Below are positions 22,781-36,400 of a DNA stretch of 64,000 nt, piece after piece. Source of the stretch: Centroscyllium fabricii (taxonomy: Eukaryota); the NCBI GenBank assembly GCA_051313645.2, contig JBNRSN020000009.1, forward strand, positions 216,814,001-216,878,000. The letters are read 5' to 3'. Below the pieces are notes generated by a model that saw only the letters and a list, made by a program, of their open reading frames with translations, made no database searches and was not told the DNA's origin. Numbering within the stretch: position 1 is the stretch's first letter; each line of letters starts with the position of its first letter. Both the position numbers and the translations under genes were made by a program.

Positions 22781-23507
22781 TCTTACTTGCAGACAGTTAT
22801 TAAGTATCACAGGCCTGGGTGAAGAGTGTGACTTATATAGGCAACTGAAGCAGCTGTGCTGTCCCAACCATATTCCACACACAGCTACGGTTCATAGTCT
22901 GGTAAAATGACAATCTTATTTTAACGCAGTGATAAACACTTTTACAACTACCAGTGGACATTAAACCCATATAGCGTGCACTGTATTACAAATCTACAGA
23001 GCCGTGAATGGGTAGGAAGCAGAAGATTGGCAGACAGAGCATGCCCCGCTCACCCAGCAGCACTTAATAACTGTCTGCAAGACAGAGTACAAGTATCACA
23101 GACCTCGGTGGACAGAAGAGGGTGATGCATGGTGACCACAGAATCACCTAAAGAATGGGTAAAAATTACTTTAAAAAAAAAAGTGAAGCCCTTTTAAGAC
23201 AAGTCTACATGGTTTGTCAAAGCTTACAGCACTGATGTCTCCGGTAAATTTGGCTCAGACTACTGGGATGAGTGTCCTCCATGTAAGGTTGCTGTGAAGG
23301 TCCTTACTGAAATGACTTAGGGACACTTTCAACCCAACTCAAGGTGGCAACATATCCAGACCACAAAACTGCCTATGACAGGCACATACATTTTCAGTCT
23401 CCGAGTGATCACAATGACGGATGGATGAGAAAGAGAAATATCACACTGGTGCAGTAGAGGGCACACTTCTGAAGTGAAGGCATATTGCTGGAGTAGGAGA
23501 AAATATT

Positions 23508-24239
23508 CGGCCTGAATTTGCGGTCGGAGGCTTCCCGCGGGCAAATGCCTCCGAACCACAAGAAAAGTACGAACCTATCTGATGGTCCTGGAGCTTCGTA
23601 GACTCGCACTCTTGGGCCTCTACGCATACTCATGTGTAAAGGTCCATGTATTCAGGGGCGCATGCGGTTCGCAAGCGCCCCGGGATCACGTGGGCCAGCC
23701 CAACCAATTAGAAAGGGGGATCCCCATTATGCTTATGGGGATTCCATTTACGTACGGAATACCCATAAGCTTAATAGGAATCACCTAAAAAGCACAAATT
23801 TCACACAACTTGAATAAAAAGTAACCATTACATGTTCAAAATTAATTAAAATCCAATTAAATTAAACATTTAAAACAAAAATGTAACTTTTTGAAAAATA
23901 AATGTAAACTTTCAAAGGGGCTAAAAAACCTATAATTTTAAAGTTTTTTATATTTAAATAATTCAAAAAACATTTTAATATTTAAACTCTTACGCTGGTA
24001 AAAGGCGGCCCTGTGCCTGCTTTTACCAGGTGTAAGAGTTTCACAAGCATTCGCTGGGCAGTAGTTGGGCAAATAGCCCAACTCTCCGCCAGCGAATGTC
24101 CATTCCCTGGGGATGCGGAGGATCAGTCAAGCTGAAACTTGACAGATCTCAAGTACCAGGTTTTCGCGTATGCGCAGCACATGAGGAAACCCAGAACTTA
24201 GTTCCATACGCGGTCAAAGGCCCTGGAAAATCCGGGCCT
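23508..24239. mobile_element. Non-autonomous DNA element (PIF/Harbinger-like MITE)
   Basis: Imperfect TIR ggcctgaattt / aaatccgggcc; GC-rich arms with an AT-rich core; internal hairpin aaactcttac..tggtaaaag / cttttacca..gtaagagttt. Confidence 0.55.
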
Positions 24240-24401
24240 CTGTAGCTAATCTGTGCTGTATGAGCCCTGGGAGTGTTTGAAGGGACAGACGATGGCCAAA
24301 AGCAACTGCCCACAATACCTCAAATACAGTTTTTTTTAAAGTTACTGGGCTCGACCAGTAGTATTTTTCACATGCCTGCCCTAATGCAGACACACACTTA
24401 C

Positions 24402-24548
24402 CTGTAGATTGCTCAAGCCATTTGCCCCTCACTCGGTAACGGATTAGTGCTGTGGGTTTACTGTCAGGTAAATGACATTCTATGACGCCCGTGCTTCCTT
24501 CATCTACTGTAACTACTCGCTGGCTGGGTGCCTGGAAATCACTTACAC
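24402..24548 (-). CDS. CDON: CDON exon, first half of Ig2 (147 nt)
   Basis: Manual translation (S)VSDFQAPSQRVVTVDEGSTGVIECHLPDSKPTALIRYRVRGKWLEQST; acceptor tttgcag, donor gtaagt. Confidence 0.95.
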
Positions 24549-26701
24549 CTGCAAAGGCAGAGGAAAGAACTATAATCAGCTTTGGAAATGATTAGTTACC
24601 CTGATGGGCTTTGCAACTGAAAACTGGCACACAACAGCAGCACTGACATTTCAGCTAGCAGCTTCCCTCCTCTGGAGCGCTCTCAGATACTGTGGGAACC
24701 CGACACTCTGTCCCAGGAATGCAGAAGTTCAAACTCAGAGTCAGGGTTACTTGAGTGTGTATTATGTCGGTTTACACTCCTGCTAACATTTTCACAAACA
24801 GTAAATGGAGGGAAATGTACCCCAATAGTGCCACTGGATACATATATACAGTTCTTGAGCAGCCAGAAGCAATATCAAAATAAATTTTCCAGACTTGGCA
24901 ACCCTGGTGCCCAGAATAGCAGAAGAGTAATATAGGGGTGAACAATTCCACTTGTTTCACCCCGGTCCACTCTGGCAGCACACATCTCAAACGACCTGTG
25001 ATTTTCATTCATTAATTTTAAATAGACTGAAAATCATGGGTTGCGATTATGCGATATGTTCCCATTGTGTGCCACGACTGCAGAAACAGAACTTTTAGTT
25101 TTAAAGCCAAATTTTCCACTTGTGTGCCCCCTCAATAAGGAGCCTCATCTGCCAGGAGTGCAAATCAAAAGATCGACTCTTTAGTCTTTCTAAACTTCTG
25201 GTAACTGTTGGGTTCAAACTCACAGCACCTGTCATTTTCTTTGCTTCTGACTACACAACCTGTTGTTATGCGGAAGGACATTATTAAATATGTAAAGGTG
25301 CATCAGCATCTACTGATCTGTGCTGCAAGACTCACGGACACAAGAGTGCTAGTTTGCCGTGCTGACATCACTGCATCGAGCACTGTATGTTACTCATTTT
25401 ATTTTGGCTATAGGGATGACTGGCTTTAATGTGCGCCTGTGATTTTCTGATATGTGCTCTATGCAAGTGCCACTCCCCACTGGGAGTGTCAGATCACAGA
25501 GTTACCCCCTATATTTAATCACGAAAACATCAGGGGTAAATGAACTGCTCGGTGTGGCACTGAACCACGATGGTCTTGTTTGTTCCCAGCCTGTATGTAA
25601 TTTACTGATCTCAGCTAAGGTGGCCTTAGGGGATGCTGTGATCTTTGCACCAATGGGCTGGGGAGGGGAGAATTAGCCAAAGCTCATGCTCTTGATTGTG
25701 ATCGAGTGAACTCCGCCGTTCTCCCCCCACCACTACAAAGTACGCATGTACGTGAATGCCAAGTGAAACCGGGTTAGGCTTGAAGCTCCACTATAGAGTA
25801 GCCAGCTGGCACACACTGCCAAGACTGACTTGAGAAAAATGGCTGCTTGAATGAGCTTCAAGAGACCGCCACCATAGATCCCAGCAAGTCAGTGCTTTGG
25901 GGAGTGATGGGGTGGGGGGGAAAGGAAAAAAAAGGAGTTAAAGCTGGAAAATAAAACGGAGAATTGAGAAATATTTAACGCTCTGATAAAATCAGATCTG
26001 CGGTTGTGTTTTCTCACTGCTTAGGTGGAGGCAAAGAGAGAGAGTTTTTCTTACCACTTCTTTGGACCTTCCACCTGTTCCAGGATATGACCTGCTCATG
26101 GGACTCTGAACATTTAGCCTTCCAGCCAAATTAAGGCATAGCTTGCGTCTCCTCCCCTCTGCTTTTCTCTTTCTTGGGGGCAGATGAGGAGAGGCTTACA
26201 TCTACTGTAGGCCCCAGTTATGCAACCTGCCTGTGTGGTCTGGTTAAAAGTCAGCGGAATTAAGACTTCATCACAGTTTTTATATGGCTGATTCCTCAAT
26301 TTGGTAGTTTGGGCAGGGGGGGGAAAATCACAGGTTTCTAACATCTACAGCAAATCATTTTTGGACAGGAATATGGATTGCAAACGTACAGACAGAGCCA
26401 CACTCTCCCTTCCTGTATTGGATAGGGAATGTTTCCTTCAGTGCTCCGCTCAGCAGGTCATTCCCTGGGTCACTTCCCTCTACATCAGCTTCCTTCGAGT
26501 GGTCGGCTGTATTTTTATAATTCTAACTGCTCCCATTGATTTCTCTCTCCGAGTCCGGAGTCCGGACCAGGTCTGCTCACAGGATGGAATGTCTCACTAA
26601 TGCCCTTGGAAGAGGCGGCTATCAAGTTGCCAAAATTCAGTATCTTTCCTTTTTTCTTCCCTGCCTTCCCCAATTATTTGCTGAGGGGATGTGCACACAA
26701 A

Positions 26702-27511
26702 GGGGGGGAGATTTCGCCGGAAGTGCGGGAACCTGGCGGGGATTGGTCTGGACCGCTTCCGGTCCCGCCCACCCAAACAGCTGGGAAGGCCACGCAATTT
26801 TAGTTTAATTAGGTTGTTAAATCCACACCGGCGGCAGCGGGAGGTAATTACCTCAATCGAGTTGGGCTGCATCGGGGCTGCGAGGAGTTTGATTGACAGT
26901 TCCAGCACTGATTGTTGACAGTTCCCATGGAAACACTCCACTGTGACATCACAGTCGAGTGGAACCAATGGGAACGGTCAAGTGCTGGTGACTGACAGGT
27001 GGGTGGGTGGGCTCAGAATCCTTGACAGCTCGGCACCGGCTGTGAGCAAATGTTCAGAGCTGAGTTTTCTCAATTTTTGCTCACAGCTCCTGCAGACAGA
27101 ACGGAGTAACTTACTCCTCTAAGGTGCTGGAGGCATGCCAAGCATTTGGCAGCATGTCCTTCACACCTTGAAGGAGAAAGTGATAACCAGCGCTCTGCTC
27201 CCGCTGGGTTTCACCCAGCGGGGTTTAAGGTGACGGGGTTAGGGCGGGAAACAGGGCAAAATGGCCGAGGGCCCTTAAAATGGCATTAAAGATGCCAATT
27301 AAGGGCCCTTAACGAGGTGACAACCCATCCCCGCCGGCGGGAAGGTTTCGGGGCGGGGAAAATAACCCATCCCCGCCGGCGGGAAGGTTTCGGGGCGGGG
27401 AAAATGAGAAAGCGGCGGGGGGGGGGGGGAGAAAAGAGACCCGCTGCTCCTGCTATTTTGCTGGCCGGGCCGCCCAAAACTCTGCCTCATGGCCAGATGA
27501 AATTCACCCCC
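26702..27511. mobile_element. Non-autonomous DNA element (Harbinger-like MITE), diverged
   Basis: Ends gggggagatttc / gaaattcacccc; CpG-rich arms; internal duplication of ~44 bp at 27321-27404. Confidence 0.5.
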
Positions 27512-28473
27512 AACGTTACTGCCCGTTCAGAATATGCTTTGTTAAAACATCAATCTCATGGGCAAAATGAAACCTAATAAAAAATAATTTTTATTATTGA
27601 GAAACCTAAGAGAAGCCCCGGGGTCCTTTGGTTGTAAAGGAGGAGGATAAAGAAAAGATAAATAATTGATGAAAAATAGTCAGCTGCACACCATCATTTC
27701 CTGATATGTGTTCCTAGTGGGCAAAGCTCCATGCTGGGAGTGTGCAATACCAGAACAGGAAGAGTCTCATTGACCCAACAAACCGGTCTCTTCCCAATTA
27801 ACTGTTAGATTACTGCTCCAGTTTTCACCCCTCCTCTCCTGAACATACTCACTCGTGCTGGGGTACGGTTCCATGGGTGCTGGCAGTTCTTCTGTGTCAC
27901 TCCCAACCATTAATTCTCCATGAGTGACCCTGGACGGCGGGTGTCAGCAAGCTACTCCAGCACGGGAGGAATCACAGACAAGCCCTGTCCCTTGCCCGAC
28001 GTCCACAAATGCACTTTCCAGCAATGATCAGGAGCAGGAACTCTGGCTGAATTTCTCCTCCCTTGCCCATGGGTCATGAGGTCAACCTCAGCATCTGCCA
28101 CTTTTATAAGGAAAGCTTGAGAAAATGGGACATAATTTCTTTGCAACAGAGCGATCCATAAGAAAGGCTTTTTCTCTAGTTCTGAAAAATGTTGCTCTGC
28201 TCCTATATCTCTACCATTCTACAGCCACAATAAGGTAGATGCGAGTAGCTTGGCACTGGACAATCCAGCCAAGACAGCAAAGTGGCATGCAGAGAAGAGT
28301 GGGCTCAAACGACTGCCCTACTACTACGTGGGTGTTGAATGATGGTACAAACAGTCAAAAGGGTCAAGTTCTCACAGAATATCAATAGATCTGAGGGTCC
28401 CCATAAACTACAGCTCATCCGACAGTCAGACAGGCTGGAGTGAAGTGCCTCCCATTTCCGGAACGATACTCAC

Positions 28474-28749
28474 TTGCAATGGTAATGGAAGAAGGGCTGC
28501 TCACTATTGCACCAACAGAACTGCTTGCCACACACTGGTACCTCCCAACATGGGACATTTGTAGATTTGAGATAGTCAATGACCCAGATCGGATCACTAT
28601 TCCATTCTGTCCACTGTCTGTTAATTTCTGTCCACTGAAGTGCCACGTAATGCGTGCCCAGGTGGGCTCCGCAGCACAGCGAAGCTGAACCCGTCCGCCT
28701 AGTTTCTGTATTGTGGAGCGGGGCTCTGCTGAGAAGTGAGGGGCCAGGT
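28474..28749 (-). CDS. CDON: CDON exon encoding Ig1 (276 nt, phase 1-1)
   Basis: DLAPHFSAEPRSTIQKLGGRVQLRC..W..GRYQCVASSSVGAIVS resembles CDON DLAPYFTSEPLSAVQKLGG; acceptor ctccacag, donor gtgagt. Confidence 0.96.
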
Positions 28750-29265
28750 CTGTGGAGGAAGAATGAGACACACTGGTTAGGAACTGTCCTATCTTCTGAT
28801 GATATTCTTACTGAAACAGTGGGTCGGCCCTCTTAAATGGGATTCATCATCATTTGTATGAGATGGGGACTAGAAGAACCATCATAAATATAACAAGATT
28901 AACATCTCCAGCCCAGTGGCATGGAAACCACTTCTAGTGCTCATTCCAACTTGAACCGAGATCAGTTAATACAGACATGGGGTTCAACCTGGATCCTTCC
29001 TGGTCTGCATGGTACCACACAAGAAGCCAGGACTTGTCTTTGTGAGCCACATGGAGTGTCAGATGTCACAGTTTATTCCCTGTTCCCATTATTCTACAAC
29101 AGATCTCATGTTCTGAATTACGGTTTGCCGACCACTGAAGCAACAGCCCTTTCCAAACCTCCAGGCCAGCAAAACTTAAAACAGGACAAACCAGTGAAGA
29201 AGAAACAGGACAAACCAGTGAAGAAGAAACCTAAGAGGAAAATCTGCAAATCCTAAAAATAGAAA

Positions 29266-29400
29266 CAGAAAATACAAGAAATACACAGGTCAGTCAGTAA
29301 TTGCAAATAAAAATACAGGTTATAACATTGTGGGTGCGTAACTGTGCATCAGTGAAGATATACAAATGCTGACTGACCTATGTATTTCCAACATTTTCTG
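29266..29400. repeat. Small palindromic element resembling Penelope termini
   Basis: cagaaaat..gaaatacacaggtcagtcag inverted against ctgactgacctatgtatttc..attttctg; resembles 10122-10150. Confidence 0.5.
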
Positions 29401-29879
29401 TGAATAAGAAATACAAGTGCCAATAAGACTGCGTTGCCTGTGCGAGATTGCCAGAGTTCAGGGGCTATGTGTAAACGAACAGGTAATGCTTCATTTAAAT
29501 AGAAATGCCAGATGGACCCATTAAACATTTGAACACTAATACAGTACTGCAAACAGTAAGCCCTTAAAAACTAAGTTTAACAAATTTACTACTAGTTTAT
29601 ACCAATTGGTGGTTAATAATTTTCTTAAGGAATACGTTGCTAGATGGGGGGAGTAGAGGCCACAATAATGGGATTACTCAAATTACAGTTGGATGTTATA
29701 ATGGGAGAGTTGGGTACAAGGAGGATGAACTTTAATATCCTTCTTATTTATCTCAGGCTTTCCCTTTATTTTTACAGTGTGGAGCAGGGCCCAGTGGGAA
29801 TGCGCTCAGCGTTGCACCTTGACACTTCAAAAAACTCTTCAAATTAAGCAAGTCATACACATTGGGTAACATGGCTTAC

Positions 29880-29955
29880 CTGCCCTGATACAGGAGAGAA
29901 GAACGGTCAGCCACACGCAGAACACCGATTGCAGAAGCCCTGTCTCTGGATCCAT
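29880..29955 (-). CDS. CDON: CDON first coding exon (signal peptide, 76 coding nt; exon 29880-30017 including 62 nt 5'UTR)
   Basis: MDPETGLLQSVFCVWLTVLLSCIRA + G, donor gtaagc, phase 1 joins to DLAP; Kozak gcaATGG; acceptor ctttctctctcag at 30018. Confidence 0.88.
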
Positions 29956-32900
29956 TGCACTGTGACAGGGAAGCGAAGTTGAAGAGGTCCGCAGCAAGAC
30001 AGGGTGGCCAGCACGATCTGAGAGAGAAAGAGAGATCTTAACTGTAAAACTTGGAGGGAAGCAGTTAGCTCCACTTAACACCCACGACAGACATGGCACA
30101 ATTCTGATGCTTCAATTACAACTCAAATGCTACAGCACACATCAAAAACCAACTGGACGACAAGAATGTGACAAGTTAACATTTTTCTCCCTCTTTCCCT
30201 AGAGGTGCCGACTCCTGCTAGGGTACATGCTGGTATACCCTATACCTTTTGAGACCACTGTAAAACAGAGAGCAGCTCGTGTATGGTTTCAATATCCTGG
30301 AGCAACAAGTGTCTCAAGCACTGAATGAAATTTAACGGCAACATCTTTAGCCCAATACTATAAAAATAAGATTCAAAGAAGCAGGAAAAAGACAGTTCCC
30401 GTACAATATATCAGGTTCAGCATTTAGAAACATGCCCTTAAATATCAATATTTCAACTGAGCTACAAGAAACTGAACAGACAGGCAAGTCTACAAGACTG
30501 AAGTGAAAAGTTGAGCTGTTGAAAAGGATGCCTGTAACCATATTAAATCTATTTTTTCTCTCCTTTATCATACAACCCTGGATTACTAGGGACCCCTAAA
30601 GCAATCTAACACAGGAACCATACAGAGCGGCAGAGATGGAGTAAGAGAAACAGAGAAGCTGCCAATCTCGAATGTGAAGCAATGCAGCCCAACTCTGTGG
30701 CAGGTGTTAACATGCCTGTGGCGGTCACTTTCATCAGCACTGACAACATTTGAAACCAAAGACATCTAAAAAAGGCGAACACTTCAACGGAGAGATGGCA
30801 TGTTGCCATTTAATAGCTCAGAGACCTCAGGCACCAAAACTGAAACATAAACAGCAGCCTAACAGTCTACTGTACAAAAGCAACTCTAACCACTCTGAGC
30901 TCGTTAGTTACATAGGGGTCTCTCATTAAAAAAGTTTAACATTTTCTTCTCATTCTCCCGGCCCTTCCACTTACAACATCCATTCCCTCAGTCAGGGCAG
31001 CGGGCAGTACTATGGGTGCTCAAACATCATCAGGCTTTTGATGATGGCACCACCAATCAACTGCTATGAGCTGCATGAGTGGTCAGTGATGAGAAGAGGT
31101 AGCTGGCTCTCTGCTCAATCTGGTCTAGACGCTACTGCCTCCATTCCCTTCCACTTCCATCTCTCAACAAACACAAACTAAATCAGTTTTCGTGCTTTGT
31201 GTTGTTTGTGGAATACGACAAATACGGTTAATTTAGAAAGGAACAGAATCGGCCTCCGGAGACAGATTATTCTGGAATCAGTCTGGTGCCAAAATGGCTC
31301 AAGAGGAAAGATCGAAGGTGAGTAGTTAATATCAGACGGTGCTAGTCAACTTCCTCAGGAATTAAACATCTTCATTCCACCAAGCTCCTGGGGGCACGTC
31401 ACCTCTGGACAGAGACAAGAATTCTCCAATACTGGAGGCCCCTCCACTACAGTGTTTCCAACTCCACAGAAATACCAAATCCTTACATTCATCACCACAT
31501 AACATACACCACAATAGCCAAATAAGTAGAGATCGTGCATCAATTTTTCTTTAAGTTCTTTTGAGCGATGGGAAGAGCCACTGTGCGGGTGTCAATAAAA
31601 ACAGAAATGACATACGTTGTTGGGAGTTATTTTCGTTTACTTTTCCAACTGCTTTCCCTGACTACGATCCTAGTGAGGACTGGACTACTGGACTGAAGGA
31701 ATGCAATTGTATCAGAATCAGCTATTTTTCCTTGTATGAAAGCAGTGCACCTCTAATACACGGAATAGGGCCCATGAAGAAACGTTGCTGTTCCACCGTT
31801 ACAAGCTACTCCCTGTCCCCTATCCCCGACTCAGTGTTTACTGACACCAGCGCCTCACACAAGGCTACTGTTTTGTACTACAGTCCACAGTTAAGGCAAA
31901 TAGCCTAGCATTAGGGACCCCAATCAGCAGAACCACCAGTTAGATATGATCCTCTTGAATTCTGGGATTCAGTTGGACCAGGAAAGCAAGAATAAATAAA
32001 TTGCTCAAACCTGAACCCCCCCCCCCCCCCCCCACCAAGCTTAGCCAGAGAGTAAGAAGGTCCCAGAACCCACGATTCAATGCCTGGTTTGTGCCGAGTT
32101 AGCTAATCCCAACTGGGAATGGCAGTAGGAATGCTACGGATAGGGCCAGTGCGGAGTAAAATAAGCCCGGGTTCCTGCTCTTGATCACTGTCCAGTGACT
32201 CCTGCTGGATGTGCACGTGTGCGATGTGATGTCCCTGGAGAACAGCTTCTGTCAAGTCTCACATATTAATAATGGTTCTTTGGGCAAGGAATTTGAAGGC
32301 AGCTAGTACTAGTAAATCTGTACCACAGAAAGGAGTTGATGCCTTGGGGTTGGTGGGAAAATTGGAAGAGAAAAGTAAAAAAAAACTCAATCCCTATTAA
32401 CATAAATCCACAGTAAGTAGTCCAATTTATTAATGTTACCTTTTTGCAAGAACCGTCCAATCGAAATGCATAGTTTCATAAAACATACACGTGTTCTTGA
32501 AATTCATACACTTCAAAAAAAAAAGCAGCCTGTACTGCAGTATAAGGGAGAGAAAGCCTGTAAGGTTGGCCTGATATTAGCACAATGGCTTTCTACGAGT
32601 TTCATGACTGAGACAGTGGAGGTCTGCAGTGTCTGATGGATGAAGTCACAACCCAATAAATTTACCAAGGTCCCTGAAATACCCTTACTGCAAACTTTGC
32701 AACAGGTCTGCAAAAATAAACTCCTTGGTAAGGTAACAGCAACATATGCAATGCGTACGGTGGTGTGGACAATGATATAACTTGCACCAAGTTATGCTAA
32801 CCGTCAAATGTTTTAGTTGACAAGTTTTTAAAAAAGTAGTACGATTAATGGCAATTGCATCACCAATTCTATCTGCTTAGAAAGCAAATTACTCAGTGAT

Positions 32901-34565
32901 CCAATTATGGCAAAAAGCAACTTTTAATAGACTATGCAAAATAGTGTGCGCAGGAATTAAAACACAAATCAAACAGAGGAAAAGAGGTTTATTAAAAAAA
33001 TACTTTAGCTCTTAGATTATGTAATGGTTAATTGCTTGATTTGTAATATCCTTGTTTTTCCCCACCCGCTTCTTCCCCCTCACCCAGGCTGTCAATGACT
33101 CAGATCCTGAGCTGACGCTGTCCCTTCGCCATCAACTTCTCAGCACAAGGAATGATTCTGTTCACCTCCCCCTCCACCCGTCAGGAAGGCCCTGCTGTGA
33201 GTAAAGTGCTGCGTTTGCTTAAACACTCTGGCCTCTGCTAGAGGAAGAGCCATCCATCAGCAGAGTGAACCCACACTGAAAGGAAAGCAAATACTTCAGC
33301 CCGTTAACACAAAAGCACTGCTTGCCCAAGGCAGCGTGCAGTTCCACCATGCTACAAAGTGAACAGCTGCCTCAAAGCCAAACCTAACCCAGCTACCGTT
33401 TCAGTATGGGGACGGGGGGAGGTCTGACTGTCATTCTGTTGGCTGGTCTGTGTTTTTGCATTCATCAGTTTAAATGCAGAACATTTTGTGTGTGCATTAA
33501 ATGTTAACAAGCGGGCAGTCAGGGACAACTGGAAAAAGGGCAGACACCTTGGGAAATTCAGCCTAGGAGCACAGGAAAATTTAAAGAAACAGTATTTAGG
33601 GAACCAACAGGCAACTGGACTCCCGCAGATAATAAATGGGCCCACAGCCCAGTGATGCACAACTCTGTGTTTAATGTTCCGGACAAGGAGTGACCTTCGC
33701 CCTATCAACTCGTAACCCCACCCCAATGTCTGATTGTATAGGTGCCTCTACGATAGATCTACAAGTACCACATAATCTGCATGTACTCTGCCATTCTGCA
33801 TTCCACCATGCTTTGCTCTTGTACAACTCAACAATAATACAGAATTATATATTTGGAAAAAGAACCATATTTAAACTTGTGAGAAAGGACAGAATTCCAG
33901 CTAACAGCAGCAGGCAGGAGCAGTGTGTAAAAGTCCGTCACTTGTATTCCATGAGGAGTTTTATGTTTTGACACAAAGTGTAGGCTCAATTGCACCCATG
34001 CAATGTGTTCCGGACATAAATATGGGGGTCTAGCTTATGTGCTACTAACTTCTTCCTGGATCTCTGACTGATGGGATACAAGAAACAGCACCCCAGAACT
34101 CACTGAAACCCTCGTAATGCATTCAACCAACTTGAGTATCTGTGGGCATCCTTTTATTCTCTCCATTCCAGCTCAGTTTTTCTGAATTTCTCCAATGGGA
34201 AAAAATTAAAAATTGGCTTATGACTTTCATATGGACCCTACTGTTGGAAGGCAGCACACTCCAAGGGGATCTGCTCAGCTGGTGTCACTGGCACGCAGCA
34301 ACTGATACTCGTTTTAATGGTCCAGTCAGAAACACACTAGGGAGCAGGGGTAAATACCATTTAAAATGTGACATTGAACAAAACAATTACAAAATCAGCA
34401 ACAATGGCAACTTACATTTATAAAGCAGCTCTCGGATACACAGCCCTTTACAAGGGAGAGTGCAGGGCACAGCACAGGAAGTGGGCGACATTAAAGAAGG
34501 AAAAAACAAAAAGCTGGTTAAAGAGGAAGTTTTTAGGAGGGGGTTGAAGGAAGGGATGAGATGCG

Positions 34566-34739
34566 AAGATGGCGCCGAAGGATGGCTGACGTCTTGCGGG
34601 CTCGTTCGCGCCGGGCAGCCTAATTGTTGCGCGGTTGTTGTTGTTGTTGCTGTTGCACGGTGTGTCGGGTAGCAGTAAAGCATTTCGCTGTATGGTGTTT
34701 GTTCGCTGTACAATGACAAATAAACTAAACTGAACTGAA
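34566..34739 (+). mobile_element. Short non-autonomous Rex1-like element inside an old L2 fragment
   Basis: Starts aagatggcgccg; ends caatgacaaataaactaaactgaactgaa, similar to the Rex1 3' end at 43131-43163. Confidence 0.5.
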
Positions 34740-36109
34740 GAGGCAAACGTTTGTTTTGGGAGAGTGTTCCATGAAGCATGGAGATAATGCGCGGGGGGGG
34801 GTGTAATTTGGCTTGCTCCCCCTTTGGGGCGATAACTTCGCTGGGGTGCTACTTTTAACACCCAGAAAAAGTTACCATCCCCGCACCCGAAATTGAATGG
34901 TAGCGACTCACACAGGAGGCGGGGCTACTGGAAGCACTCCCCCTCCCTCGTGGGGCGCGCCCATTGAATATCACGGTGCTACGTGCAGCAGCAGGCAGCA
35001 CCGCGGTACTGCAGGCCTCCCTCACCAGGGCCGTGCTGGACCACCGGAGAGTGGGGTGCCACAAAAACAGAGCCCAGACCCTGTTGGACACAGCGTTCGG
35101 CGATAGGTCAGGAGGCACGAGCTACGTTTGAGGCTCGGGCCTGGATAAACTGGGAGAAAACTTGTGGAATGATTTTAAAACAGTTAGACACGTATATGCA
35201 CATGCACCTATCCACATGTCTCAATGTGTATGTGCAGAGCCAGGAATGCTGCCGCCTGATCACTGAACCCAAGCAATGCTGCATATCACACACAAGGGCT
35301 CCAACCATGGATTGCTTGAGGCCCTGTTAAAAAGAAAATCATAAATGCCAGCACTGTATTACTAAACTGTACCACAGATTTAACATTGCAACACCATGGT
35401 GAAATAAGACTGGCAGCAGGAACAATGTAAAGATATTGGAGAAATAACAGCTAACTGAAATCAATTTTCAATTCTATCCTGTCTGTAAGCGCCACACTCT
35501 GGCCACTTGAGGCAAGTGCGGCTTTAGGTTAGTTTATTATTTTGCAACTTTGTTCATTTTTATTAAAAGGGATTTTAAAATGTTTTGCAGCAGTCGGTGT
35601 AAGATTCGCTTTAATGTGAAGTAACCGTGAGTGCCAAACACATGCTATTTACGTGGGGATTTAGAGCTGGCTATTCCTGACACTGATCTGCCTTCAAAGA
35701 TCATTAATAAGAAAGGTATCAAAGGGTCATTAATACCACACAGCAGGCACAGCTTAGCAAGGAAACACAGCGCACCGGTTATACATGTACCGACAACGCT
35801 TAATATTTATTCTATTCTCAGCATGTTTTACAGCGGGACGAGTCAGTTTTTACATTTGCCCAACCTGGTCTAGTTGATGGGAGCTGCTTAAATTAATTTA
35901 AGAAGAGCTGTGCATCCTATAGCACATGCTTACGGCAGTTTAGCAGCTTTCACACACTGAGTGGGAAGAAGGGCAATTACACAGCAGACACCAAATTCCT
36001 AAACAACAGTCCAAGGCAAAGAAACAAAATGTTAATTAGTGACTTGGCTGCTCATTGTCCACACACATTTTTGGAAAATACGCTGTTATTTGTTATTTCA
36101 AAACTCACG

Positions 36110-36400
36110 TGAAGAAAGAACTATTATTTATATAGCAACTTATTACAATGCTCAGAAACATCCAAAGCACTTCACATACAATTAGTTACTTTGTGCAGTG
36201 ACTGTTGTGCGGCAATGTGGCAGCCATCCTTCAAACAGCAAGGTGCCACAAACAGCAATGAGATGGCCAGTTAACCTGGGTTTTCTTTCTCCGGCAATGT
36301 TGGTGGAGGGAGGAATGTATGTTGACTGTAACACCAGGTGAACTCCTGGCTCCTCTTTGTACAACACTGTGGGATCTTTTTAACATCCATCTGAATCATC
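36110..36400 (-). mobile_element. DeuSINE 3' portion
   Basis: Reverse-complement similarity to the tail and core of 58449-58878. Confidence 0.6.

Noticed and set aside
29179-29231. 24-bp tandem duplication giving KQDKPVKK twice
   Set aside because: Local slippage in an old repeat (similar sequence near 55600); no exon signals
13905-29955. BOC, ROBO or DSCAM as the gene identity
   Set aside because: Five Ig domains, the DLAP..QKLGG start and the GLITSHPS..LRSKSR insert point to CDON
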